Assembly (NCBI RefSeq): GCF_018350175.1
Contig: NC_058373.1
Location: 118,484,001 to 118,548,000 of the forward strand
Direction of reading: 5' to 3'
Origin: Felis catus
Taxonomy: Eukaryota
Length of the DNA stretch: 64,000 nucleotides
Both the position numbers and the translations under genes were made by a program. The notes beneath the pieces were generated by a model. It had not been told where the DNA came from and made no database searches. It saw nothing but the letters and a program-made list of their open reading frames with translations. The first letter of the stretch is position 1. Every line of letters begins with the position of its first letter. Positions 26,119 to 39,376 of this stretch are shown in pieces.

Positions 26119-29100
26119 CAAGGGATGTAGCTCCAGGGTTGGTTCAAACTTGGGCACAGTTTGGTTGCGCAGTAGAAAGCAAGGAAGGGGCCGACGTTCA
26201 CAATCGAGGTTACCGGGGAAGGGTTAACTCTTTGTTGTAGAGTTCATTCTGTAAACTCATCCCTTTCTCCAGTTCCCTCCCTATTAGGAGAAGTTTATCA
26301 CTGATAGTTTAGAGGGTGGTACTTACAAAACACCAACATCAGAGGTTGTGTTTAAGGAGTGTTTTCCAACTCTTTGGGAGAAAAGCACTTACAGAGATAA
26401 AAATGTCCTCTTCTTGAAGTCTCAATGCACCCTATTTTCTTGAAGTTCTTTCCAGAAGTCTTCATGCTAAAGGGCAAAGCACAACCATTTATTTAGTAGA
26501 AATCAGCCCACTTTGGTTGCAGTTACAACGTCGTTAATAAACTGAAGTGGCATGTTGAGAGTTCTCCAGACTCACCCCTGGCTCCTGCCAAGTGACCAAG
26601 CAGCCATGAGCAAGTTTGGACGAAATGGGCCACATTTACCCGTGTGATGCTCTGGAAATGAGAATTCCGTCCCTCCCCGCCCCTTCTCCCAATTTGATTT
26701 TTATGTTCAGCAGTTCATAAATAGCCCTACTAGATGTGTGTCAGATATTTGAAAGCTTGTCTTTTCCTAGCATTCTAAATTAGGACCGTTGAATGAATTG
26801 CAGTTCTTTTCTCACATTAGCACAATGCATGAGAATAAATGATTGCATTTTTTATTCATTTGGGTACAAGTCACAGAACGCATTTTTGAGAAATCTGGTG
26901 TTGCTATAAAAACTCTTGTGCTCCTAGAAATATATCCATCCTTAGATTTTGCTTTTCTTTTTAATTTCCACCCACTTTTCATGCTCCTAAATAACAAAAT
27001 GTTTGCCTGATTACTCTTTAAATTTCTAAGTCAGATTTAAATATACCTTTCTCACAACTCTACCTATAATACACAAACCCATGGACCATGAAACAAACCA
27101 GAGATGGATTGGGACAGGTCAAGGAGGCACCCCCTCACAAGCATTACCTTATGGTTGGGAACTTCCTGTGAGACTGAGAATCTGGACTTCAGAAATTTTG
27201 TGCTTTGCCCCTTTCTTCTTCCAGCTAACTCTTTGTCCCATATCTCTTCTGCTCACCTCCCTGTCCTTTGCAGAGCAAGCTACAAGTAGTCTAAAACTTC
27301 ACTGTTCGTTATCCAGGAAAAAAAAAAAAAGTCTAATTTCTAGCTTATATTTTTAGTCAACTTTGAATAAACTACATATCACCAAACTAAGCAGAAATTA
27401 TTCCTCCAGTAATTATAACAATAAGGTGTCTTTTCCTAGTTATTTTCCGGAACTTTCCTCCCCCTTCCCTCATCCTCACCTTCCAATTTAGAAATAACCT
27501 CCCCTTCAATTCAATGACTCATAAAAAGCCTGTAAAGGAAAGTGGAAAAGTCAAAATAACTTCGGAGATGTCTGAATCATTCAGTCAAAGGAAAGATCAG
27601 ACATTGACCATGATAAGATGGAAGCCAAGACATAAGGCAAGCCTGAGCTAACATCCATAACAAATGAAGTAACATGCAAATGTGAAGATTCCCCAATGAG
27701 AAGGAGGTATCAGCATATCCTTTACACAGTCTTTTATTATATTACCAGCAGCTTTCTTCTCTCTAGTCTTGGCAGTATGCCCTACCTACCAATTTTAGAG
27801 CAAGTTAGAAGGCAATTAATGTCCTGGCAGATAGGAAACAATAACGTCATAGGAGGGCATGGGCATTATTATGGCACTCGGGGTAATAATGGCTCTTGTA
27901 CAGCCATAGTGATTTGGTGCCATAGAGAACATAGAATTAGTCCAGCCTCACTAAGAGGACTTGCCATCTAAGTCCAGGAACTCAACAAAATAACTATCAC
28001 AAAACAAGGAATACTTCCACAAAGGTCAGCTATTCATTCCGTTCCGTGAAAACAAAGTACTCACAAATGTTTTCACTCATACATGCACATATACATTTTA
28101 CCACTCCTGTTCCTTATGGAAATCAGTTAAGAAAAAAAAAGTAAAATAAACATGTTCAGTCCAGTAAGAAAAGAAAAAAATCTTAAAGAAGGAAGATTTT
28201 AAGGAACATTCTTGGATCCAACAGAAAGCTATTTATTATGTTATTAAAGTCCACACAGTACTAGAAAGTTTATTGCTTGTGCCCCACGTTTTGCTTTTGC
28301 ATGAGCCTTATCACATAACCTTACCACATAATTCATCCAGCCTCTCTTTTCTTTCCTGTGTTATGTCTTCACCACTCTTAAGACCCCATCTTAGAAAGCA
28401 AGAACACTGGAGTCAGGGAGTCTGTAGCTTTGTGTTGTGTGGCTGGCTGTGGAGGTGGTGCAGATGGTATCTGTTCAGAGGCACTTGAGCAAGACCAGGA
28501 TAGCAGGTATATTAAAGGCAAAAATAGCCTTTATAAATCCTGATTACGTAGAAAATGAAGGACTTGCGGCGATGTCCTGATGTCTAAGGCCTTGGGCTTC
28601 AGCGAATGCTGATGCTACTTTCTGCTCTCTTTTCATCATATCACTTTTCAAGGGAGCAGAATCCAGGTTTCCTGTCATTTCTATTTTAGTCCGGGGTGGG
28701 GGCAATGTCACTAGGGAAAGCTCCTTTTCTGTTTGTTTATTTTTGGATTCCCCTCCCCCAACACTGGATTCTAGACACAATTCCAAATGGATTAGCGAAA
28801 CAAACAACTGGTGGGGAAGAAAATCATTCTGATAGTAGACAAGAGCCAGAGCTGCCTGTTTCTAGCAACTGGAAGCAAGCCAAGATATTTGATAAGAGGT
28901 AGTTCCCTGAGTCAGGGATCCCTGAAGATGGAGACTGATGGGATGAAGGGATTAGAGAGGAGGGGTTGGGATAGGGAGGGTGGGGGGCAGGGCCAGCAGA
29001 GAAGAGAGTAAGGAAAGCTAGACAAAGTCAAGAGGCCACAGAGTTCTGAGCCAGCTTAGAGTCCTACCCCCATCTCTCTGGCTGTGGACTTTATACCAGC

Positions 29101-30065
29101 TTGCACAATTATACCAACAAAGTGTAGCCTCTCACTGGTTGAAAGGAGAACCATGCCAGAACTTTACCCTATGGGATCTTTGCTCCGCTGCCACCTGGAA
29201 AGCCTCCCTGAGCTCAAAGCCTGCTGCTCTGGCATCAGGGCAAAGCTGACAAGATTCGTGCGGCCACCTTTTATAAAGGTGATCACTGGCACAAGGCTCT
29301 GGATGAAGAAAGGGAAACCGTCTGGAAGAAGATGTTTTCACCATCTCAAACTGCAGAGATTCCAACACAGAGAAGTGCCAAGCTGCCTTCCCTGCTGGAA
29401 CAAAGCACTGTGGTTTCAAAGTTCAAAGCTGTCTCCCATGGATGGGAAGAAGCTTAAAAAAAAAAAAAGGTGTGTGTGTGGTTTTTTTTTAAGTGAAAAA
29501 TGGTGTTGCTACAGGTAGAACCATTTATTTTCTAATGCTAGGGCTCATATGATCTTTAAATAGCACATCAGATCGCCTCATTATGTAATGCATGTATTTT
29601 CATCCTCAAGAAAAATGTGTACTACCCCTTTACCCACCTTGCATTTTATAGATAAGATAGCTTGAGTGCTTGCAAAATGGATGGGCTGCAGCTCTTAGCT
29701 CTGCCATTATGCTGTTGAATAGAGCCCCTGGTTACTATCACTAGATCTATGGGTGGACCAGCCATTCTTCCGCAGCAGGGAGTGGGCTGCTCAAAGCACC
29801 AAGCACCATTTAAACTTTTGTCCATCTCTGTTTTACACACAAAGAGTTTCCTGGAAACATGGCTGCATTCCAAGGATTTCAGAGAGTAGAATGCCTTCTA
29901 GAACTACAGTTTGCCAAGCACTGGAATTACGTAAGAAAGTAGACTTGAAATCACTCTTGAATCTAAATGTGTTCAAATCCTGACTCTGCCATTTACTAGC
30001 TGTGTGACTTTGGGAAAGTTGATTTATATCCCCAAGCTTCAGTTTTCTTCATCTACAAAATGGGA

Positions 30066-30606
30066 TGCGTTAGTTACAAATTACCCCAAAACTTAGTAAC
30101 TTAAAACAACATTTATTATCTCCATTTCTGTGGGTCAGAAATCCTGATGGAGCTTAGCTGAGTCCACTAGCTCTGGGTCTTACAAGGCTGTAATCATCTC
30201 AAGGCTCAGTCGGGATGGATCTGTTCTCAGCTCATTCACATCATTGTTGATAGAACTCAGTAGCTCACAGGCTTTAGACTAAGGCCTTAGATCTTCAGGA
30301 GCTATTGAATGAGGCCTCCCTCAGTGCCTTGCCATGAGGGTCTCTCCACAAAGCATCTCAAAACATGGCAGCTTACATCATCAGAGTAAGCAAGCAAGAG
30401 GGCAGACCAGCAAAAGAGAGACTTCTGGCAAGACAGAAGTCAGTCACTTGTAATCTAATCACAGAACTGATATCGCATCACTTTGGACACATTCTACTAC
30501 TGAGAAGCAAGACATTAGGTCCTGCCCACGCTGAAGGAGAGAGGATTACACGAGCATATAGACACCAAGAGGGGGATCACTGGAGCCACTTTTGAAGTGG
30601 CCTACC
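30066..30606 (-). mobile_element. MaLR MLT1-type LTR inserted in a MIR
   Basis: acaaattaccccaaaacttagt.acttaaaacaacatttattatctc...gcctacc; MIR halves at ~29960-30064 and ~30610-30660. Confidence 0.7.
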
Positions 30607-30659
30607 TTAGGAAATAATAACAACACCTCCTTGTAGGTTTCATTTAAAGATTAAATGAG

Positions 30660-30896
30660 AGGGCTACTTGAGTGGCTCAGTCGGTTGAGCATCCAGCTTC
30701 TGCTCAGGTCATGATCTTGGTCATGATCTCATGATTCGTGGGTTCCAGTGCCGCATCAGGATCTGTGCTGACAGCTCAGAGCCTAGAGCCTGCTTCAGCG
30801 TCTGTGTCTCCCTCTCTCCCTCTGCCCCTCCCCTGCATATGCACATGCTCCCCCTCTCTCTCCCTCTCTCATTCTCTCTCTCAAAAATAAACATTT

Positions 30897-30940
<44 letters not shown>

Positions 30941-31180
30941 AAGATTAAATGAGAGAGGGGCATCTGGGTGGCTCAGTCAGTCGAGCATCTGACTCTTGAT
31001 TTGGGCTCAGGTCATGATCTCACGGTTGTGAGATCGAGCCCGGGGTCCGGCTCTGCGCTGACAGCACAGAGCCTGCTTGGGATTCTCTCTCTCTCCCTCT
31101 GTCTTTGCCCACCCCCCCCCACCCCCACCCTGCGCTTTCTCTCTGTCTCAAAATAAATAAAGAAATGTAAGAAAAAAAAG
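30660..31180 (+). mobile_element. Two CAN-SINEs inserted at the same site in a MIR; (AAAT)n tail at 30897-30942
   Basis: Target aaagattaaatgagag is present three times. Confidence 0.92.
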
Positions 31181-31962
31181 ATTAAATGAGAGAAAATATT
31201 CAATTTAAGCCCTGACATATATAACTGGCTTATATAATAATTATTATTCCTATTTATGTTATTATTGAGTATATAATGGTTTTCTCCCCCTTCTAGCTAT
31301 TAGAACAAAATCTTCATGAGGAATAAATGAGATAATCTACATAATTCAGGAAGCACTGAGCACATGGTATGTGCACAGTAGCCATTAGTTATTATTAACT
31401 TTTATGAGTACGTGATATCTGTTTTCCTCTCCAAGCTACTGGATATGCTATGATTATAGTAACCTTTCCAGGATGATCTTATTTTCAAATATTTTGTCTC
31501 ATTTATCTATGTGTATCGTATACTTGCCAGAAGGTAATGGGAGATTTGGGATTCATAAAATATGGCCAACAAATCTAAACTTCAGCCTAATTTCCTGCCT
31601 GCCCTATGCTATGGGGATGTGCTCAAAGAAGATATGCTCAAAACCTGCAAGGTGGGCTAATTATGGCAGCACCTCCTTTATGCAGAAATCTGAGCTTGGC
31701 TCCATGGAAGTTCTGGGGGGAGGGGGGACAGGGGGGGCAGGGACTCGGTTGTGTAGTCTTTGTCCCTTTCAAAAAAAAAGCTGGTCACCGTGCAGTCTGC
31801 TAAGTCAGTCCTCAACTGAGGATAAGAGAAAGGGTAATTCCCACACGGGTTCTGTGGATACAGTAAGGACACTCAAGAGAAAGTTTCCATACCTGGATTG
31901 GGAGCAGCAACAACCAAGAGACTGAAAGAATAGCAATTTTGCAATTAGAAAGTGGGAGGAAG

Positions 31963-32285
31963 AGGGGCACCTGGCTGTCTCAGTCGGAAGAGTGTGCAGC
32001 TCTTTATCTCTGGGTCATGAGCCCCATGTTTGGGTGTAGCAATCACTTAAATAAACTTAAAAAAAATTTTTTTAGTTAAAAAAAAAAAGAAAGGGGCACC
32101 CGGGTGGCTCAGTCGATTAAGTGACTGGCTCTTGATTTCAGCTCACGTCGTGATCTCCACGGTTTGTGAGTTTAAGCTACACATTGGGCTCTGGGCTGGG
32201 CTGATGGCATAGAGCCTGCTTGGGATTCTCTGTCTCCCTCTCTCTCTCTCTCAAAAGTAAATAAACTTTAAAAGATAAAAAATAA
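31963..32285 (+). mobile_element. Two tandem CAN-SINEs
   Basis: Outer TSD agaaagt.ggaggaaga. Confidence 0.88.
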
Positions 32286-35200
32286 ATTTTTTAATTTTTT
32301 AATTTTTAAATAAGAGAAAGTAGGAGGAAGAGAGTCTAGTTTGCAACATGAAAGAAAGATTACTAAGAGGTTGGAGTGACTGGGTCGAAGCTAGGTTCCT
32401 TATAAGGAAGGAGGATATGGAGGGGTGGCCTATGGCCAGAGAAAATGAGGAAGTATAATCAAAGAAACCCCATTATTTTGGCTCTGAGTCATTTCTCAGG
32501 GTTCACTCATGATTATATGAGAAAAATGAGGGGGGTTCTCCTAAAGTATAAATAATCTTTAGACCAAAGACACTATAGAAAGACAAAGGTTCAAGTACTC
32601 ATCTGATCTCATCTTTTCAGACCAGAAGTATCTATCCCCAGTCTCTCTTTATCCTCCCAAAGCCTTCTTCCCCTGCCCCATTTGTGTACATGTTCTTTCC
32701 TTCTGTCCGTGTTCCATGCAGAAGAAAAAAAGCTCCTCACAAGGAAATGCCTTAGGATCCTTTAGACTGGAATTGTTTCTCTCTCTCTCTCTCTTTTTTT
32801 TTTTTTTTCAAGATTTTATTAAGTAATCTCCACACCCAACATGGGGCTGGAACTTACAACCCTAAGATCGAGAGTTGCGTGCTCCACCAACTAAGCCAGC
32901 CAGGAGCCCCTGGAACTGTTTCTTGCTGCAGAGTCACCTTCTCAAGCAGTTTCTGCTATGGTGCTACACCGTTAGAGCTCAATAAATATTCACAGATGAT
33001 GACAGTTTACACCTCTGCCTCCAAATCAGGTCACCTGCCCAGCGGTGATTTTAACAGGCCCATGGATTTTCTGAGATGCACTAGCCCTAGGCTTCTCTCC
33101 TCCTGACTTGTCTCCAGACATTACCAGACTTGTGCACAGAAAGGTTCAAAGCAGAAGTTGCTGAAAAAGTTCTGTGAGGTTAAAGGAGAGGTGTGTAGCA
33201 ATATCAAGTTCCTCCTTCTGTGAGTCTTGTCTTCTCTCCTTCTAACTCTGTATTTTCTCGGTGTTTGGAGACTTGTAAGTTTCAATACCTTTCAGTAGCT
33301 GGGGAAAACCTCTGCTCCTCTGCAGGATGGCCAATTTTAGAAGGGAGAGAAGGGGCGGGAAGATGAGGACTTGCCCCCAGGAAGTCTGACTACACAATAG
33401 GGATGGTTGTATTTATTTATTCAGCCCTTTCCTACAGGCAGCCAGGGCCGCAGCCATTTCATTTTGCTCTCAGGAAGTGTATTTAGTGGTAGGCTTTCTT
33501 TCTTTTCCTGTCAGTTTCCTGCAAGAGGACATCAGTGTCTTCTCAGTGCAGCAGCTGATAAGAAGGATGTTGTTGCTCAAGGAGAGACAGACAAACCTAT
33601 TTCCCATCACAGACCCAGACCCTTTCAAGGGCACAGAGAATTGGGCTTGGGTGTGGAAATAGAAGACTCTGATTTCTGCACCTATTTCCCTGGTGCCATT
33701 TTCCTCGCTGAAAGACTCTCTTTAGTGGGATACAATAATAACATCTTCCACTTGTGTAGAATTTCACACTTCCACACTTTTCCAAGGTAGTGTCCCACTG
33801 TACAGAAGCGGAGTTGGAGGCACTGTATTTGGCATAGCCTGGGAGTTACTTTGTAGGGTTAATATGAGGAGGCAGCTTTGGTGTCAACGTTATGTTCTGG
33901 GGAAATTAAACAAACAGTGTAGGCCTACCCTAAGTTGGATTCCATGACTAGCTTCTACTACTACAGCGGAACCTTCTGACATTCCCCTCTCCCGGCCACC
34001 ATTGGGTGGGGTGCCCCTCTTATACACACGACCCTTCCACACTGGATACACACATCCCACATGTAAACTTCCTTAGTGCCTATTCCTCCTGTATTGTGTC
34101 AGCATTGTGATACCAAGAACCACATTCATGCTGCTCATAGCTGCCCAGCACAGGGCCTGGCCCACTGTAATTCACTACATATTTAGTGAATGAATGAGTC
34201 AGGAGTTGTCTCTAGGAGCAGCCTTGCCACCCTACACCATCACTTATTTTGGGGTGGTGCTCTGGGAGTTATAAAAAAGGCATGTGCTAATTATCATATA
34301 ATGATCACTAGTGGTTATAGTAATTAGTAGGTAAAAAGCACAGTAGTGGAGTATGACTAAATAAAGCCCTCCGCCAGTGTATAGGGCCCATCCCTGCATT
34401 CTGAATTTGGAATCCCACTGCCTGTCTTTGTTAGACTCCCCAAGACAGAGGTACTCCTTTGGGGAAGGCCCAACACTGGGGACAGGGAGAGTTCAATTTC
34501 TTCCGAGACCATTCTGGTCTGGATATTAAAATACAGACTGGATATTAAAATGGCGGCCCTCAGACTCTAAGACGGATTTCCCTTTAAGGGTCTGCACTGA
34601 GCCATCCCTCCTCCAATCAATCAATCAATCAATCAATAAGAAGCTAACTCCCTCAGGATGAGTGATAGAAGCAAAAACTCATCCTTCTAATCCTTTCTTC
34701 TTCCCAATATTCATGGCCTCAGTCCCTCAGTGGGAACAAGAGGGCAATCTGAGAGGGGAAAAAAAAAAAAAAAAGACGTTTCCCTCCCTTTCCTTCCTCT
34801 GGGCCTGTGGCTTCCTGTTGCTGAGGGGAGGTGAGACTGGAGATAGGGAAGGAGGAAAAATAAGCCTAAAACACAGTACTATGATGGCCTCGAGTCTGTG
34901 GGAGGAGATGCAAACTGGGATAAAGGATGACAAGACATGAAGAATCCCTGTGGATTCTTCAACAGTTCCTGCATCCCAGATGTGACCATGGCACAGCTCA
35001 GTTGCCAGGACACTAGGGAACCAGAAATGCAGTCAGTAGGAGGTAATGACAGCAAAGAAGCAGGCAGATTTGATACGTAGGCCCCTACAAAGAACTACGC
35101 CCTGTGGGAGTACCACAAACTGCTCAAGCCTGGGTAGCAAAGTGGAGTAGGTACTGAGGGTGAGACCTTGAGTCAGGAGGCCCACACTCTTTTCAGCGTA

Positions 35201-35718
35201 GTCATCAATTTATGGGAGGACCCCAAGTGAAAGATGAATGTCAGAGATGTGGCTTAATCAGCTACCTAGGGGATGAGTAGGTGTTGGTGAGATGCTTTGA
35301 AATCTCTAGATGAAAAGAATTGCCAGGAGAAGTTATTATTATTTTGAATGTGGAGTTATTATTATTTGGAGTGTTGATCATACGGAAGCCGGAGCATCTT
35401 TGAGCACCCGTATTGGAATCAGAGGCCACAGTTTTTTCACCTTGGGCGGACCAATCCCAGTTTCATAGCTGTAGAAAATAGTGATCTATTTTCTAATAAC
35501 CTTAGCTTAGAGCAGGGTCATTGTTGAGGTCCATAAGGAATACAACCAGAAATCTCATCTCTGGAGTATTAGAAATTTCCAACCACGCTCTAATAAATTT
35601 TCTGTGCAGACAGATGCTGGCCAGGTCTAACTTGCCTAGAGGGTTGTACAGGCTGTGATTGGATAACACTTCTCTCTCTCAGTATCTCTCCCAAGCCTAC
35701 TTTCTCCTCTCTTTCTCG

Positions 35719-35749
<31 letters not shown>

Positions 35750-36637
35750 ACATGTACATAAGGCTACTTAGAAACTTGGATTCATCAAGGGACAGTTGGA
35801 GATCCCCAAATGATCACCCCAATTGTAGCTTTCTACCTACAATCACTCAGTGTTTTTGTTCTAAAGAAAGTGGTTAAATCAGACCTTTTTCCTTTTATTT
35901 GGCAGGTATGTGAAGCTGGTATTCTCTATTCAACCCCTTGTGTGTTTTTCTATAAATACTCCCACTCCACTCCCTTCTCTGGTTTCTTTCTGCAAACCAT
36001 TCAGGTTGTCATTCTGAAGGAGTATGTTAGTCTTTGAACAATTAAGTAAAAGTATAAGCCCCTTCCCGGTCTCTCCAAAGCTAGCAGGCTGACTAGACTC
36101 ATAACAAGACTTTAACCCAAATCTGCAACAAGTGCTCACCTGTCCTGAGTGACCTAAAGCGGCAGCCATCCCAGGTCACAATTATCACAGGAACAGATAT
36201 TATTTTTCTGCTCTTGCACAAAGCGGGCAAAGGTTGTCTACCTGATGCAGAATGGATCACTTGATAAAGCCAGAGCTGCTTGTAAACAAACAAACAAACA
36301 AAAAATCACAAGAATGGGCATGTGATTAATAGGCCCGCTTTAGGGGGAAAGTGGACCCAAATCCACAGTACCACAAAAAGTGTGGGTTAAATGAACACGG
36401 ACTCATCGCTGAAATCCCTAAATCTTAGGATTTCAATGTTATTTACAAACTTCCAAAAGAGATAAGCTTAGTACTGATAAAAAGGAATATTACTTCACAC
36501 TGTAAGTGATAAATGCACGAAATTCTTACCCAGGGAAGGAATATAATCAGAATATAGAAAGTATATGAATTGCAGAGCCATTTATGAGTGAACCAGCCAC
36601 TTTTCAACCCTGATTCTATATTAGAATCCCAGGTTCT

Positions 36638-36850
36638 GGAGCACCTGGGTGGCTCAGTCAGTTAAGCGTCCAGCTTCATCTCAGGTCATGATTTCACGTT
36701 TTCATGAGTTTGAGCCCCAAGTCAGGCTCTGTGCACTGACCGCTTGGAGGCTGCTAGGGATTCTTTTTCTCCCTTTCTCTCTCTCTCTGCCCCTCCACCA
36801 CTCATACTTTGTCTCTCTCAAAATAAATTAAAAAAAAAAAAAAAAAAAAA
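36638..36850 (+). mobile_element. CAN-SINE inside a MER5-like relic
   Basis: Head, CT tract and long poly(A). Confidence 0.9.
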
Positions 36851-38124
36851 GGATCCCAGTTTCCTCTCTTAGTTCCAGGGATTTCACTTCACTAGGGTGA
36901 AACAGGGTCCAGGGATCTGTATCTCATTTTTGCGAAGCTCCCTCAAGTGATTCTGATTCATAATCAGGTCTACATTCCACTACTTAAATAACCTTTTCTC
37001 CAAAGAGACTACTGAATGGCCTATGGGTTTGACCCAGCCTAGTAATCCCTATGATCCTAACTGTCAAAAGGCTTGGTTAGAGACAAGCACAACTGGTATC
37101 CTTGTGACATGGAACAAACCCTAAAGCAGCCATCTGCCTCTGGATCCCCTGATCAAACCTAGTAGTATAACAGTCCAGTGGTCCCTGACCCATTTAGAAA
37201 CTTCTCCAAGATCTGAGACTTTCCTGCCACAGGGATGAATCAGTTGGGGCTTCTTAGAACATTTCCTTAGAACTTTCCTTTGGAAGGAAGTATTCAGATT
37301 TGCTTACCAGAATAAGGTGCAGACTTCTTTAAACATTTCCCCCTCTCTTTTTTGTAGCATTTAGCAGAGTACTGGGCATTCATTTATTTATTCAGCAATA
37401 TTCATTGCTTAAAAATTAGATACGTACTCTATGCTGATACTTTGTTAGTGAGGATATAAATTTAGCAAATACCACAGTGTTAAAACAGGCCAGATGTGAT
37501 CTCTAGCCTTTTAGGAATCTAACAGGCTCTCAAATTTTTAAACTTTTATTGTAATGGCTGGGTACAGTGGAACAGCTATCCCAGGAAACTCTACCTAAGG
37601 GTCATTCCATCCTCTTAGGATAGCAGCATTTGAGTTCTTCAGAAGATATAGCTATCCCAAGGCTAATAACAACTGTAAAAGAACATGCCCATCTTTTCTT
37701 CCTAAATGTACCTAGGAATTAAGGGTAAAGATGGACTTCCAGAGGATGACAACTATGCTTTATTCACCTTTGGATCCCCAATAGCAGATACATACAGTAT
37801 GTTGTGTATAGTAAGTGTTCAGCGGTTTTGACTGAGAAAATGGGTTAATGAAGCTTGAATCTCAGTTCTGCTACTTACTGTGACCTGTACAAGTAACAGA
37901 ATCATTCTGACCCTTGGCTTCCTCATGATTGGGACAACTACCTTGCCTACTTGATATAGGATTAGAAATCCCATGTTTTAAGAGTCATTAGCACTGTGAC
38001 TGGCATAAGGTAGGTACTCAACAAATAGTTGTGTAATAGTACATAGTTGTTACCTGGACAACAGATAATCAGAAACTCCTAACCAATATGTATGGCTCTT
38101 ACCGACACCTAGTGGTGCAGTCTT

Positions 38125-39114
38125 AGAACACATACCAAAAATCTATAAACAGCTCACCAAACTCCACACCCGAAAAGCAAATAATCCAGTGAAGAAATGA
38201 GCAGAAAACATGAATAAACACTTCTCTAAAGGAGACATCCAGATGGCCAACAGGCACATGAAAAGATGCTCAACGTCGCTCCTCATCAGGGAAATACAAA
38301 TCAAAACCACACTCAGATATCACCTCACTCCAGTCAGAGTGGCTAAAATGAACAAAACAGGAGACTATAGATGCTGGAGAGGATGTGGAGAAATGGGAAC
38401 CCTCTTGCACTATTGGTGGGAATGCAAACTGGTGCAGCCGCTCTGGAAAACAGTGTGGAGGTTCCTCAAAAGATCAAAAATAGACCTACCCTATGACCCA
38501 GCAGTAGCACTGCTAGGAATTTACTCAAGGGATACAGGAGTACTGATGCACAGGGGCACTTGTACCCCAATGTTTATAGCAGCACTCTCAACAATAGCTA
38601 AATTATGGAAAGAGCCTAAATGTCCATCAACTGACAAATGGATAAAGAAATTGTGGTTTATATACACAATGGAATGCTATGTGGCAATGAGAAAGAATGA
38701 AATATGGCCTTTTGTAGCAACATGGATGATGGAACTGGAGAGTGTTATGCTAAGTGAAATAAGTCATACAGAGAAGGACAGATTCCATGTGTTTTCACTC
38801 CTATGTGGATCCTGAGAAACTTAACAGAAGACCATGGGGGAGGGGAAGAAAAAAAATGGTTAGAGAGGGAGGGAGCCAGAATATAAGAGACTCCTAAAAA
38901 CTGAACACAAACTGAGGGTTTATGGGGAGTGGGAGGGAGGGGTGCGTGGGTGATGGGTATTGAGGAGGGCACCTGTTGAGATGAGCACTGGGTGTTGTAT
39001 GGAAAGCACTTTGACAATAAATTTCATAATAAAAAAATCTGTAAACAATAAGAACTAATAACGAGTTCATTAAAGTTTATGAATATCAGAAAAAAAAAAA
39101 GAACACATCCCAAA
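38125..39114 (+). mobile_element. 5'-truncated young carnivore/felid LINE-1 (ORF2 C-terminus plus 3'UTR) with TSDs
   Basis: 201-aa ORF2 C-terminal frame with CCHC knuckle [19 protein letters not shown]-rich 3'UTR; poly(A); TSD agaacacata/cccaaa at 38125-38139 and 39100-39114. Confidence 0.95.
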
Positions 39115-39204
39115 CATATCAATTGCTGGTTTGAAACTTAAATTGGGGACTAACTAGGAACTGCTGAGTACCTGCTTTACACAAGTAACATTATTCAAGC
39201 CGCA

Positions 39205-39376
39205 CCAGTTATTTTCAATCCTCATTGCATATTAGAATGGGTTGTGAAGCTTTTAAAAATTTGCTGGTGTCTGGGTTTCACCTTCAGAGATTCTGACTTA
39301 ATTTGCTGGAGGTGTGGCACGTGCTGTGGCATTTTAAAAAAGCAATTTTAAAAAGCAACCAGGTTGAGAACCACTG
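39205..39376. mobile_element. MER5-like hAT relic
   Basis: cagagattctgacttaatt..ccaggttgagaaccactg. Confidence 0.6.

Noticed and set aside
25094..26240. Long ORFs (up to 224 aa) on both strands of the first CpG island
   Set aside because: Pro/Arg/Gly/Ala low-complexity products expected from stop-poor GC-rich DNA; no recognisable domain.
29084..33790. ORFs of 127-150 aa at 29084, 31473 and 33407
   Set aside because: No domain similarity, non-coding-like composition (poly-A runs, G tracts), and two start at non-ATG codons.
38210..38815. 201-aa ORF as a host gene or active L1
   Set aside because: Only the C-terminal end of L1 ORF2 in a ~1-kb 5'-truncated copy with an upstream in-frame TGA.
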